Shown here: piece by piece, positions 1-13,091 of the stretch | How positions within the stretch are numbered: position 1 is the first letter of the stretch | How the letters are laid out: each line of letters opens with the position of its first letter | Source of the DNA: Azolla caroliniana | Taxonomy: Eukaryota; Plantae; Polypodiophyta | Assembly (NCBI GenBank): GCA_043228905.1 | Contig: JBHGNT010000001.1 | Location: 4,092,001-4,156,000, forward strand | Direction: 5' to 3' | Length of the DNA stretch: 64,000 nucleotides | Made by a program: the position numbers and the translations under genes | Notes under the pieces: model-generated | Database searches by the model: none | The model's input: only the letters and a program-made list of their open reading frames with translations | Told to the model about the DNA's origin: nothing

Positions 1-91
1 TGGACAATATGTAATTTTTTTGACAATTTAATATCGAATAAAGAGATAATAATGTTGAATAAAGAGTGTAATGTGCTGGGCACCATTTCAG

Positions 92-1339
92 GTTCATCCA
101 GTTTTGATGCTGATTGGCTACATTGTCCTTACAAGTGAAGGTAAAATTGCTTAATTATTATCAAATTTTAGTTTACCATCCATTCGAGTCTGGTTATGTT
201 GAGGAAGAATACTACTTGTTGCAGCAATTCTAGTTTTTAAGGGTGTACATGGTACAAAATCCTACAAGAAAGGAGTTCACCTCACAATTCAAGCTTTGGC
301 CTTTGTCATGGCCATTTTGGGGATATGGGCGGCTTTTAAGTTTCATAATGCAAAGGGAATCGACAATCTGTACAGTTTGCATTCATGGCTTGGAATAATG
401 ACTATTGTTCTGTTTAGTCTCCAGGTATGCATGCTTGGCTGAAAAACATGCAAAATTGAAAAACCTGCTTATTTATCCGTAATGAATATGACGGCTCCTT
501 CTTACTTTTGTGGCGGTGAATTTGTGGTTCATCATTAGATTGGACCCAGTAAATGTATAGGAGTGTCAGTGCATACTCTTCCCGTACGTTGAGGTTCCTC
601 TTACTTGTTTTGCCACGCATGGACACACACAAGACATGTGAGAGTGACGTGTCCTTTAGGGAATGGGTTGAATATGGCTTTCTATGGAGAACATTGGTGC
701 AGCAAATCTACAAGGATACATTTCTTAAAGGGGCATGATGAGCATCATTGTGGCATGCATGGGAAGGTAGACAAAGGAACTATCCATGTGACAGAATATG
801 ATAGTTTTGTTTGTACCAGAAGGGTATTATTTTAACTTGTATTAGCTATGACCTTAGCAACCTAGTTGCGGATCATCTGACGAGGTTCTTGATGGTTAAT
901 TTTGGACTAGAAGGCCTATTTTCTCAAATAGAAGTATTTTTCCTTGTGGGGTAAACACTGAACAGTAACACTTCAGAGAACTCTTGTTGTCTTGAATAGT
1001 TGAGAATTTGACATTCTAGATTGATTTATTTTCCAGTGGATTTCGGCATATTTTGTATATTGGTATCCGGGGGCTATTGGAAAAGTACGAGCTGCTATGC
1101 TGCCATGGCATGTATTCATGGGCCTTTCAACCTATTCTATGGCACTGATAACAGCAGAAACAGGATTTCTTGAAAAGATGACATTTTTAATCGTAAATAA
1201 GGTGATTGAAAGATACAGCTTGGAAGCAATGTTTGTGAACAGTACTGCATTGCTTTTGGTTGTTTATGGTCTGGTTGTCATTTTGGTCACCGTAGTGCCA
1301 AAGACCACAAAAGGAGAGCCGATAAGGAATCTTGATTAA
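92..1339 (+). CDS. CYB561: Cytochrome b561 (transmembrane ascorbate ferrireductase family), last three coding exons 92-140, 225-424, 1037-1339; 5' exon(s) lie before the window
   Basis: AG/GT-bounded exons splice in frame to VHPVLMLIGYIVLTSE-AILVFKGVHGTKSYKKGVHLTIQ...FKFHNAKGIDNLYSLHSWLG...LQ-WISAYFVYWYPG...LPWHVFMG...ETGFLEK. This contains the four heme-ligand His and the SLHSWLG motif of plant cytochrome b561. Stop TAA at 1337-1339. Confidence 0.92.
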
Positions 1340-3021
1340 TTGCATGAAGTGATGTAACTCCTATTATTGAGTAATTGACAGAAAAACCATTTACTGCTGA
1401 GTCATCTGTATATTTATCAAGTTTTTTGCTGGAATTGGTGGGCAAGGACCGAGGTACTTGGGTTTGCTAGATTCGCATTGTTTGCCTATTTTATCTAAAG
1501 GCATTGTATAGAATTACTGGCGGTTTTAACTTGCCAAAGAGAGTTGATTACATCCATGAAATTTGATCTCCAAGTAACAAATGCAGTTTACCAATTCAAT
1601 TTTCAAACAATAGCTTTGCATATCAACTGTATATTTTCACTCTTGTTTGAGACACCTTTGATCACATACACCATTGTAGATTTAGTGGGATTTTCTCTTC
1701 GGTTTCTGCCAAGGAATGTAGTGAGAAGTCTTGGTCATCACGAATGTTTTAAGCCTGTCCTTAAAAATTCATTCTCGTCATTTCAGAAGGTTTCCACTAA
1801 GCTCAAATTCATAGAAGGTTGAGTTAGAGTTATTATATTAAATTATCTATGATGCAGAAGTGCTCTATTGTATGTGGCTGATGGATGTGAGATAGAATGT
1901 GATTGTCTATTTAAATCAGTTTAGTTTGTAACACATTGTCAAAGAGAAAGTGTTGTAATTGTAACTAGGAAGGGCTTTGGGGGACATTTTAACCAGTGTA
2001 TGTGAAAGTTGAAGACCTATGGCTAAAACAACTATGAAGGGTTTGGACATTTACCTAAACCACCACTTCTACCAACATTCAGAAGCTTGTTTCTCTAAGC
2101 TAGTATTATCAATGATGATTTAGATGTGGAGTCACAATCAACTCTATAAGCCAATTGCACTCTAGCAGTGGAGTACATATTTTGATGTAAGATGAGGGGG
2201 AAGCAGTAGCACATATATACATGATGAAGGTTGTTTTGATGCCTCCACCAAATATCATGCAACAACGTACACCTTACATCTTGCAAAAGCTATCATTCCC
2301 AAATGTAATTAGAAGCTATTATTTCTCAATTATAATAAGAACTTATAAAGTAACATCACAAGCTATTATTCCGCAATAAAGGAATTATCAATTTTAAAAA
2401 CTAATGGAAAGAAGCAAATTTCCTAGATATTTGCCTGAATCAAGACAGTTTAGAGTATGTCAAGATGTATGCCAAGCATGTTTATAGCAAGATGTGTGAA
2501 AATGAGCCTTACTACACGAGGTTGAGATTCTACAATAAAAATATGTCCAATTTGATAAGCCTACTTACAATATCAAATTTCTACATGATTGCAATTTCTA
2601 TATCAAATTTGATTTTTAGGCATATGTACAATATCAACATTCAACATAATAGTACATATTCAAGAACAATCAATGTGCACTATTCATATTTCATAGATTG
2701 CAAAATCTTCATAGATGATTGATGTATAAAAGATAAAATGGAAATATGATTTCATACCCTGCAGAAGTGTTGGCTGATTCTTCAAGGTTTGTGTTCTATT
2801 GGACCCCTAAACAATAAAACAAAAAGAAATGACGTAGGCTCCAATCCCAACTCTACATAAAAACCACCCCCTCGTATTCCAATTTTCTGTCATATGAGGC
2901 AGTCATTAGATTCTTGCTGGATACAGAATGCAGTCTGGAAAGGGTATGAACTGGAAAGTACTTTTTGTCATTAAACAAAACATAAGGATCCTCACAAGAT
3001 TACGCCTTACATGATACTATG

Positions 3022-6000
3022 TCACAACATGTTCATCATAGGAATTCCTTTCACACTGATCTCTTGGCTTGGAAGTTGATATCCTATACCGAGATCCTCT
3101 AATTGCTGTTTCAAATGCAGCAGCAAATTGCTTCTTCTTTGATATCTCTCACAGATGTCCTGATAAAATTTGCATGCATTTGCGAGTCAGAACTGTTTGT
3201 GTATTATAAGCCAGAAATCTCAATATGAGAAAACGCTACTACAAATAAGTGACTTCCAGGGTCATGATATGCTTCAACCAGAAGAAAACAATAAAAGAAA
3301 AGTGCATTAGCTATGCACTTCAGTCTGGTAAAGCATCATTATAAATAGTGTAACAAATATATAGAGGGAATGGTATAATCCAGACTGAATTTCTCTAACC
3401 GCATATATTATTTCATGGAATGTTAGTGGGTGCAAGATACAGAGTGCTGACATTTTATATAGTGGACCACGACAACTACACAATGGATCGGCACTCAAGG
3501 CTACAAACCTCCCCATCCAAAACCTCTGAAAACTTAAGGCTAAATACACCATTGCGTGAAGAAATGTTTCTACTGAAAACATGCTAGTCAGCATAAATTA
3601 ATATGAAGATTCTTTTGTCTTTAAAAAATAAACACAAAATACATCTCAGGTCTAAAAAATTGAAAACCTGATAGTTTATTCGATGTCTTAGCCAGATCAT
3701 CAGGTTCATCTTGTTGCAGTCATGAATTTTATCACACATAATACGAAATTCAGGATACCAAAATTGTGGCAAGCTTTCAAGGTATTGCTGGATTCTCTCC
3801 TTCAGTATTCCTAATTTTTTAACTGGAGTTTTCATATTTATCTGAAAATCAATTGAATCACCCTGATCTGGACTTCTATTGTAATTTACTATCCATTTTT
3901 GACCAAGAACAGCATTAGGAAAATATATCTTGTCATTTGTAGGCCTGAATGCAAGAAAAATCAAAATTAAGAGCCATAAAAAAAAGTACCATCATTATTG
4001 CAGTCACAAGTGATGGCAAGCTTACCCCAGGAAGACAGTATTGAGGATATGCATCTCCTGCAGCAGAACACAAGCAACTTCAGATATTGAGGATATGATT
4101 GTTAATCCACAACATGGCAAACAAGAAAACATAATTGACGCGCAGTGCACATGTGTAATAGGTACAGAAAATATTCATAAGCTACACTTGCAGAAACATG
4201 TTTCAAATACACCACCTACATGATTTAAGTACCAGGTCTCAAATTTCCATGCCAGTACTAAAGATAGAATGTTCCACAACAGTTCATCAAACATGAGCAG
4301 GAAGATACTATGAGCTGTTACCGTAGTACTATCCCAAAATTGAGAAAACGTTGGAATCATTTGAGCAGTCCAAGATGAGCCCACTGAAAGTATCCATAGT
4401 TCAAGTGTGAATCAACTCAGTTCACATGCATGCTAAAACCTTTGAAGTGGAGGTGATCACCACCAAGAATCATGAACAGCAAGCAGGACTTCCAGTTTTC
4501 CATTATCCTCATTTGCAATCCCAAATTTCCTATATCTTATCCACCCAATGGCTTTCTGAGTAGCCCATCTTCTTTATAATGTGTATATGAGGATTATATT
4601 GTTTTCCAATGCAGTATTCCCCTGAATGGATGGTCGATAGATTATCTTAAAAGAAATGCCTACAATTGGCAGCAAACATCCTTGGCTATCATTAGGGCTG
4701 CTATCAAAGCATATTCACAGAACAAAATCCCTATAAGCCTGGGATGCTTTCCTTGAGGAAAGGGTGCATATTGTTTTCAACTCCAAGCATGCCATTCTGA
4801 CCCCAAGGAATTCAAATCCAGTCATATGATTCCTTCTTTCAAACTGCTATATCCTGAAATGTGTCCGTCAGTATAAAGAAACTCATAATTTTAATTTAAT
4901 CCTAGATACACAAGTTGACTCCATCCTCCAAACACCACCACCCTAACATCCTTACCTTTACTTCTACTATAACAAGATCACTATCTGGTGATATATCCTG
5001 GAATTGACTAGGAAGATAACATTACATGTAGTGGAAATACATATGTTAACTGCATTATATTATTATATGAGTCATCTGCATTGACTAGGCTCCTCTCTAG
5101 CCTCAGCTGATGCATTATATTATTATATGAGTCAACTGCATGTCAAACTTTTAGTTGTGTACAAATAAACTATGCCAAATGCAATCCACACATAGTAAGC
5201 ATGCCAATTACTTTGAGAAAAAATCATTAAATACCTCAACAATCATACGTTGTCCATCAATTACAACTCTATCACCCACATCAAATGGGTGTACAACGAA
5301 AAGAAATAGGAGGGCTTCAAATGTAGTCCTTGCAGAATTTCCAAAAATAAATACAGATGGAATGAAAAATGAAGAGAAAAAGAGCAATAGTTTTGACGTC
5401 TCGATGCCAAAAATAAGAAGAAAAACAATGACCAACGCTGCACACAGGACCTGGTGTCAAAACAAGGCATGAGATGATATTCTTTGAGAACTTAAAACTC
5501 CATTAACTTATAGCTTCAATATAATCAATCTAACTTACGACAGTAAGCACTTTGTGAAGTTTCGCAACAACAGTTCTGTTATCATTTAATGTCAGAGACA
5601 AAGCACGATGTTCCTTATAAACTGATATCACCCACTTGGCAAGGGCTTTCTTTGTTATTTCACCAGCTTCTGTAACTTCAAAGAGTTGGAATGCTCTCAT
5701 TGCTTGATCCTCAGGAAGAAAATATAGGAAATCCTTTATTGTGAGAGACTTCTGACCAGGCCTGGCCATATTATAAAAAATCTGGAATAGTAGACATTGA
5801 ACATCATGCATTATTTTCTTTTCAGTAAAAGGTAAATAAGATATAACCAAGTTCAACATGGATACTCATCTCAACGATTCTGAATCATTGATATGCAGAA
5901 AGAACAAGTTTGAACCTGTTTTGCTGCGGCTTTTGCCTGCCCCTCACTGTCGATTTCTCCCTCAATTTTTTCATGTGATATGATCGAAGAGTATGTTGAT

Positions 6001-8486
6001 ATGTTTGCCTTTCGTATAGTCTTCATTAAATTTTTGACGGTCCAGACAGAAACAGTCTACAATATCCAATAATATGTTCATCATTCTCAAAATATAGGAA
6101 ATCTTTAACAGAGAGTTGGCAACAATTAAATTAGGAACAACAATCATACATCTGAAGTTAGCTCTTGAATCTTGCTTTGCTCAAAAGGTAACTCAATATT
6201 ACGGGAGAATCTCCGTGTTCTTTGCATAGATGGAGTACTGGTTGACTGTTTTCCCCCTGCTTTATGCATGCCTTTTTTGTTTTCCAAGTCTGCGGACTGT
6301 CTATCATTACTGCATCCAGTATCTCCCGTCCTTGGGGGTCCAGACAATACCTCTAGGAGATATTGATTGAATATACATTCTTGCATCCTCTCAAAATACA
6401 CTTTCCGATGAAAGGTGCTCGCTGCAACTTTTACAGCTAGAACTTTGAACATCCAAGAGACTGAAGCCGTGAATATACAAAAAAGAATCTGTGTAACATT
6501 TGAGATTAGTTAATGACAAAGATGAAAAGAATTTAGAGCTCGGAGCTTTCAGATTTGCAGGGTTTCAGATACCTTTGTTAAGATATAAACAAGTAAATTG
6601 CCTTCAATTCCTTCGAAGATGCTCTCCCAAACAGCAAGAACTAATGCGAGCCATATACAGTTCTTCACAGATTGTCTTAGCCCATATACAAAGTAGAGCA
6701 CTCTCTTCTTCAACATATAGTGTCTTTTAATCAACATTTCTAGCAGCTTCATGAAGAATAAATAAACTTAAATCTGTGAGTTGGATTCATCAATTCCAAA
6801 AATAGTTTATGATGATACCAAAAAACAGTCCAATTCCAGAGTTGGATTTTCTTAAATATACCGTAATTATGAGACAGGTGAACAGAGCCTCCTAATCTAT
6901 TTCTCTCTCAAGGACTAAAGAAACTTGCTCTCCTAAGTTCGTGTTATGATGAATCCCTCTAATCACTCTAGCAGACATGCTTGACGAGTGCAAGGTCTCT
7001 CAAAGTTGACAAAACATCTTGGAAATAATCAGGGTGATGTTTCCAAGAATAAAATATTTACATCCATAACTCTGAATACGCTGAACTATTCTATGTATTT
7101 GACAAGTATTTAAAAGTTTCCATCAATTTAAAATAATAATAATAATTTTAAAATTTAAGATGTATTTAATGTATTCTACACTTATTTAATGTATTTTATC
7201 TGTACCATACGTACTCTAAGTATTTTTAAAAAATGGGTAGAATACCTTTAGAATATATAGCATACGTATTCTACACATATTGAATGCTAAGTATTCTACA
7301 ACTATGATCAAGAGCGAGGAGATAATTTATAGTAGGGTGGTGAACCCATTTTGAGCTATAGTGCATAAATGCAACTATTCATGGATCCAGAAGCTTGTGA
7401 CAGGGAATAATTGGCTAAGTAGATTATCTGTAGATGCAGAAAGACTTGTAAGGATACTGTTTAATTATCTTGTATACATGCAACTGGACTGTGCAGGCAA
7501 TTCATGTTGTTTAAACAGCTTCAAATGCATAAGATCAATAAAATTTTATGATTTGGGAGATTCTGAAAACAGCTAACCTTAACAAACCAGTCTGAGAGAA
7601 GGCGACCACAGAAAACAACAAGAGTAAGAGAATCCCAACGCCACAAATGGAGGTCCAAGAAAGTTGCATCTTTCAAGACCTCAATTTTATAAGAACAGAC
7701 TAAAAAAACTATCAAGAATATGAGAATAATAAGCTGAAAATATGTAGACCACTTAATCCCTTGTTGTTTCCTCTTTTTTGAGGCTGGAATAACATCATCA
7801 TCTAGAAAATCACCATCTTCTTCTGATGATGGATCATCAACATCATCTGACATTACATTGGACTCTGAATCATTTTCATTTTCCTCTGGAGTTCGAGAGC
7901 AAACACTTGAGTTTCCTCCATCTCCTCGCCTCAAATGCTGCTGCTCCTTCAACATATCCAAAGAGGTTGTTTTCTTAAGAAAAGATGATCTGCAATGTGT
8001 GAGCTGGCGATGTATAGCTTGTGTGTGATGTGGTGCATCATGAAATCGTGTTTTTGCCCGACTGGGTGCCATCGACATTCTCCTGAGCAGTGATGGGAAC
8101 TCTTGTTCATTGCCATCGCTATCACTTGAGAAGTCATCATCTTGGTTTTCTGCTATTTTCTGCTTGAAATCAAGTGTAAGGGCTCTTTTTTGTGATGGAT
8201 CCTTAGTCACGCTGTTTTGTAGATTATCAGACAAATCATCAGAATTTGAGACCAAGTCCCGCTCAGAAGACGTTAGAGTAGGTCCCACTTCAGCAAACTC
8301 TGGTTTCTTCTCAGTAACACTGCATACAAATTCAATCTTTTCAGAAGACTCTGAAACATCCATCAACGGAACTGGTTCTTCTGGGAAACCTATATCAAGA
8401 CCCACAAAGGCTCCATTTTCTCTTGGGATTTCATTCTTCTCTTCATTACTTGCACCCTTCAAATTCTGTGTGCTGGTTGTTGACAT
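3022..8486 (-). CDS. MSL: MscS-like mechanosensitive ion channel (MSL4-10-type), ~822 aa, 9 coding exons: 8486-7578, 6746-6573, 6488-6150, 6056-5916, 5781-5539, 5450-5235, 4057-4026, 3944-3668, 3159-3022
   Basis: All introns are GT-AG and phase-consistent (2469 nt = 823 codons). Motifs typical of plant plasma-membrane MSL proteins: RVLYFVYGL, STFHRKVYFERMQE, LSLTLNDNRTVVAKL, FIFGN..FEALLFLFVVHPFDVGDR, EEMHILNTVFL, NYNRSPDQGD. The exon 2 acceptor (AAG) was chosen by similarity to MSL10-type proteins. Confidence 0.9.
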
Positions 8487-11400
8487 TGTTTACTTCACAT
8501 AATGTGCAGCAAAGTCTTTCTCAATACGAGGGAAAACAAAATGCAGTAGCAGAAAACTTCAATTATATCTGTGCACAAATGTTGAAAACGTCTCGATCAT
8601 TTCAAATATTATTTACCCACAACTGCATGAAACCTGCAAACAGTGCACCTGCAGCTTGTTAATGGAAATTCAAAGCAGTATGATTATCTTCCAGGATATT
8701 CCTTATAAGAACTAATGTGGAATTTGATAAAAATGTCAACCTGATGAAGGAGCTTTAATAAGCCTTATATTCATGATTGCATCATGCAATAATATTTGCA
8801 CAATGCAAGATAAGAAAATTGATTTTTGGTATATTCTGTAAAGTCTTCATTTTTGAGAGGTTATACCCTTATTCATTAGTGACACACAACAACATTATTC
8901 AGCACAAACACAAAATGTCTATACATATTTAGAAAACTCGTCAATATATTTGCCTCTCCCTAAAAACCTTCTAATGCAAATAACGAAGATGACAAAAGAA
9001 CATACCTCTGTTTTCTCTTCAAAATCCCCACAAGTGCATCTCCTGACCATATCAAAGCATGAAAACCAAGAGCATCTTTCCACGCATCCTGGAACCACTA
9101 CAACACACGATTATCTTCGAAATCCCTCAACGATTGACTCTTAAACTCAAAACAGCATCTTGCAATCGATCCCTTTTTTTATGTTCCATGAGCTATTTCT
9201 GCTTTAGAAACCCAGAAATTTGGGCCATAATGTTGCTTTCAATAACACCCAATTCAGCTAATAGAATATAAAGATAAGAACTCCAGAATTGAAGCCATAT
9301 TCCAGCATCCAGACTGAAATGGTCTGCCTAAAGCACTTGATTGTATTGGTATTATACTATATTGAGATTCAATTACTCCGCAATTCTGACCCAATTTTGT
9401 ACAGTTAATATCCAGCTTTTTCTTTTAGAAAAAGACAGAAAAAGAGTGTGCCAACAGGACCACTTTCAATTTTGGTTTATGTTTCTCAGTTCCAGTAGCT
9501 CATATGTAGCTTCCTGTCGCACAAGGACTGTTTGATTAGCCAATTTCACTCAGCTTTGAGAGAAGAGTCATGGATCTGGCTTTAGTACTGCATACCCTTG
9601 CTAACCAATGAATGTGACAATCAGTTCATGAAGAGAGCAGCATAAACTAAAAACACCCTCAATAACCAGTATGGAATAACTGAGTTCCATATCAAGTCTG
9701 ATGACAACAAACTTCAGTTTGAAGACCTTAGAGTGATTGATGCTAGCTCATGGATAACAAGATTAAAATGATTCCTAGGAGGTGAATCACCCAACAATGA
9801 TACATGTCAATTCCACAAGGAAGATGCACAATCAATTGGGGATGTATTGCAGTGTATTTGGACATCGCCCGGACGTATCTTGCTAAACAAAAACTACAAA
9901 TAAGAATATTACTACCCCATCAAGGTCAGCAAACGTGGTGGGCCAATCATAGACACTAGTATAGCTTGTTGACCAGTTAAGCTCTTGAAGAATTAGGTTG
10001 GAGAGTTCCAATTTGGATAACAGAACTTTCTGAATTGCAATAAACCGATGGTCCTTCTAGCTAGCTATGTGGAAATTCCTCAATGTGATTTCAATTCAAA
10101 ATGTAGTCACTCACATTACAACCCATTACCTTATCCATTTGCTTCAAGTATTCCTACAGCAATCTTTCTAGTCCTTGATAATTGTTGTAATCTTCTATTT
10201 TAAGGGATTAAAAATCTTTCAAAGGAATAATCACAATATTTTGTAAGTACTAGTCTATGTCTTCACGAATTTACAAACCAATTCTTACATTTTCTTAGGG
10301 TACAAATTTTGACTTCTGCACCCTCCATCTGTATCTTCCTCCATGCATATCTTTATGCTAAGTTTGACAAAACTAATAGTGAGGAATGAGAGGATTTATG
10401 AACAATGTTGAGGTGTTCATTATCATTTTAATACCACCTGGAAGAAAATGTTCACACACATAATCTAAGGCACTTTCTGTCTCGATATATGGCACCATTC
10501 ACATTCCTAGAAATATGGACATTCAAACCAAATGCATTATATATATGTCACAAGTTTAATGTTCTTGACCTTCTAAAGATGCAAAATATTAAATATTGTC
10601 TTAGCCCCCAATTGCTCAGGCCAAACTCTGCTTGCCACTAGCTACACCTTGCATGTGTTTTGACTAACGAAAGTATATTCAAAGTTTGACTCTCGTAGAA
10701 CTTCAGATACTATTAAATATTGGCTTTTAGCACCCATTCCTTCAGCCAAACTCCGATTGCCACTTGCCCTTGCCAGTGTTTGACAGACTTTCTCATCTAA
10801 CCAAAATAGAATCTAACTTTGACTCTCATAGACAAATAGCTTCAGATGCTATGGTGCATAAAGAAAGACATTTTACTATCTCGAACAAGAAAATTTTATC
10901 TACAGTTCAAGCATGCCCAAAGGCTAGAGGGGCTGGCATCCTAGATGCAAAATCCCAATCCCCAGCATAAAATCGATGTCAAGTCCTGCCAGAAACATCC
11001 CAGCCAGATATCAAACGAGACAACATGCCAGCCTCTGGTTACTGAGGAGCGGCAAATGGCAACCAGCCCATCTCCCAATGGAAAAAACAACCTACAGCCG
11101 CCTGCAGTGGCCCTTTAATCGGGGCTGGTTTTTACCTTTTTCTTTGTCTCCCCTTTCATTCATTCGTCATCATCAACGTATGGTAAATCTCCAGGTAAAC
11201 CATGTCTATCATACTATTCAGTAATAACGCAATGCATAAATCCAGATCTGAGCTACACATGCTTTTTCCTTATTGCTTTATTTATCTTTTTGGGTTGCTC
11301 CTGTTTCACAAGTCCACAAACTTAACTGGTGTCTTACAAAATGAGGGCGTGTTTTTCCAATGTTGTGTAATTAGTTAGCTACAAGAAATTTTGTTTTTTG

Positions 11401-12150
11401 GAGGGGTAAGGGACATCTACGTAAGGTGAAACTCCCACCATGAAAAATGATGATAGCAAAGGAACCAAAATGTCACTCTATAGGTCTTGAGACAAGAAAT
11501 GTCCATAGAAGAATCCACATAGATGCTCCTCTATATCTTCTCAGACATAGGTAGATTTTGAAGGTCTCCAAGTACGTGTGCATTTGTATATGGGCTTCCG
11601 TCCGTGTTTCTGCACAAAAATACATATGCATAAAACCGACTGCTTATTTATGATCAACGTATGCATGAAACCTACTTCCAAGACATGCAGACAAGCGCAA
11701 CATATACACGATCATGTAATTTTGGTGCCGTCATATACATTTCGAAATCCATGAGCAAATTCTTGGCCTTGGGAAAGCATATTTCCTGACACTAATATAC
11801 ATACCCAGAATGATTTAAAAAAATGCGAGCACTGATTGAATAAAACCAGTGCTGAGCACATGAAATAAAGATCAGTTTTTTGGGTCAATTGAGAGAGGCA
11901 GAGACGGGATGGTTGTCTGATGAACGTCCAAAAAAATCGGATCAAAAGGACAACAGAGGAAGCAGTCTGTGCTGATTTTTATAAGTACCTGGTGGAGACC
12001 GGCGATCGCAGAGAATCAAAAGGGATGAAAAGAAGGCAAGAGAGGGGAGCGTTAAATTTCCCGGTTTTTAGATGCAGAGAGGTTCGTTCCAATTTTTTGG
12101 TTATAACTCGTGAAATCTCGTCTCAGCAGCACAAATTCAAAAGACCACAC

Positions 12151-12185
12151 GTGTGTGTGTGTGTGTGTCTCTCTCTCCCTCTCTA
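12151..12185. repeat. (GT)n(CT)n compound microsatellite
   Basis: gtgtgtgtgtgtgtgtgtctctctctccctctcta read directly. Confidence 0.9.
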
Positions 12186-12471
12186 TGTGTCACAGATAAA
12201 ATGTATTGTATTGTATTGTATGAGCACCCAAAACTATCGTATATTGTATGCATATTGACATGGTCCTCACACAATATGTATAGCAATGGCCTTTTCTTAA
12301 GTCTATCGGTGATTGTAAATCAAGTTAGTCCAAGAGATTGCCCCGTGACAACTATTACGTGCCTCCCTTCTTGTTGAGACGATACAATGTTCATTGTTGT
12401 TGCTCGAGCATGAAGGAAAAGGGAAGACTCTTTGTTTTGATTGTGCACATCTTACAATGTGTAAGAAGACA

Positions 12472-12493
12472 AAGAAGAAGAAGAAGAAGAAGA
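12472..12493. repeat. (GAA)n microsatellite
   Basis: aagaagaagaagaagaagaaga read directly. Confidence 0.9.
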
Positions 12494-13091
12494 CAAGATC
12501 TCGATGTGAGTTAGTTAAGTTGGTTGGGTTTACCGAAATGGATATAGTAGCCCCATTAAAATTAAAATAAAAGCGAGCAAAGAAGAAATCTCCGTGTTGG
12601 TATCGAGTCGAAGAAGCAAAATTTTACAATAACATATGTAGCTGGTGCACGCCAAGCACAAGTTGTGCGGGGACAATGTTGCCTTGAGTTCAGTGTGATG
12701 GGACATAAGGTGGTGGTGGGGGGATAGTAAGTTAGTAGTGGGTAGGCTACATTTTTCGAATCTAAGAAGAGAAAAAAGGACTCATCCACGGGGTGGGAGG
12801 TTTAACTTCCGAGACATAACCGGGACTTGATAACCGGGGACATTTTGCGAGGCGGAATTGGCATGAAGGGAGAAACCAAAGGGGGGAGAGCGCAATGACA
12901 GAGAGAGAAAGAGAGGGAGGGAGAGTGTATAAGAAAGAATGAGAAGAGCACACCGGAGCAGCGCGGCGAGAAGCCCAAAAAGGGGAAAAAAAAACGGGAA
13001 AAGAAAAAGAATGGTAAAGAAATGTCCGTCCGTCCATCCGTCCGTCCGAGTGGGCGAGTGGGCGAGTGGGCGAAGAGGAAGTAATGTAGAG

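Noticed and set aside
5051-5140. 24-bp direct repeat (period 60) in MSL intron 6
   Set aside because: Small local duplication; no TIR/TSD or other structure found.
7050-7310. AT-rich segment with repeated gtattctaca in MSL intron 1, possible MITE
   Set aside because: No convincing terminal inverted repeats or TSD identifiable by eye.
10560-10860. Degenerate ~130-bp repeat upstream of MSL
   Set aside because: Too diverged to define boundaries or assign to an element without alignment tools.
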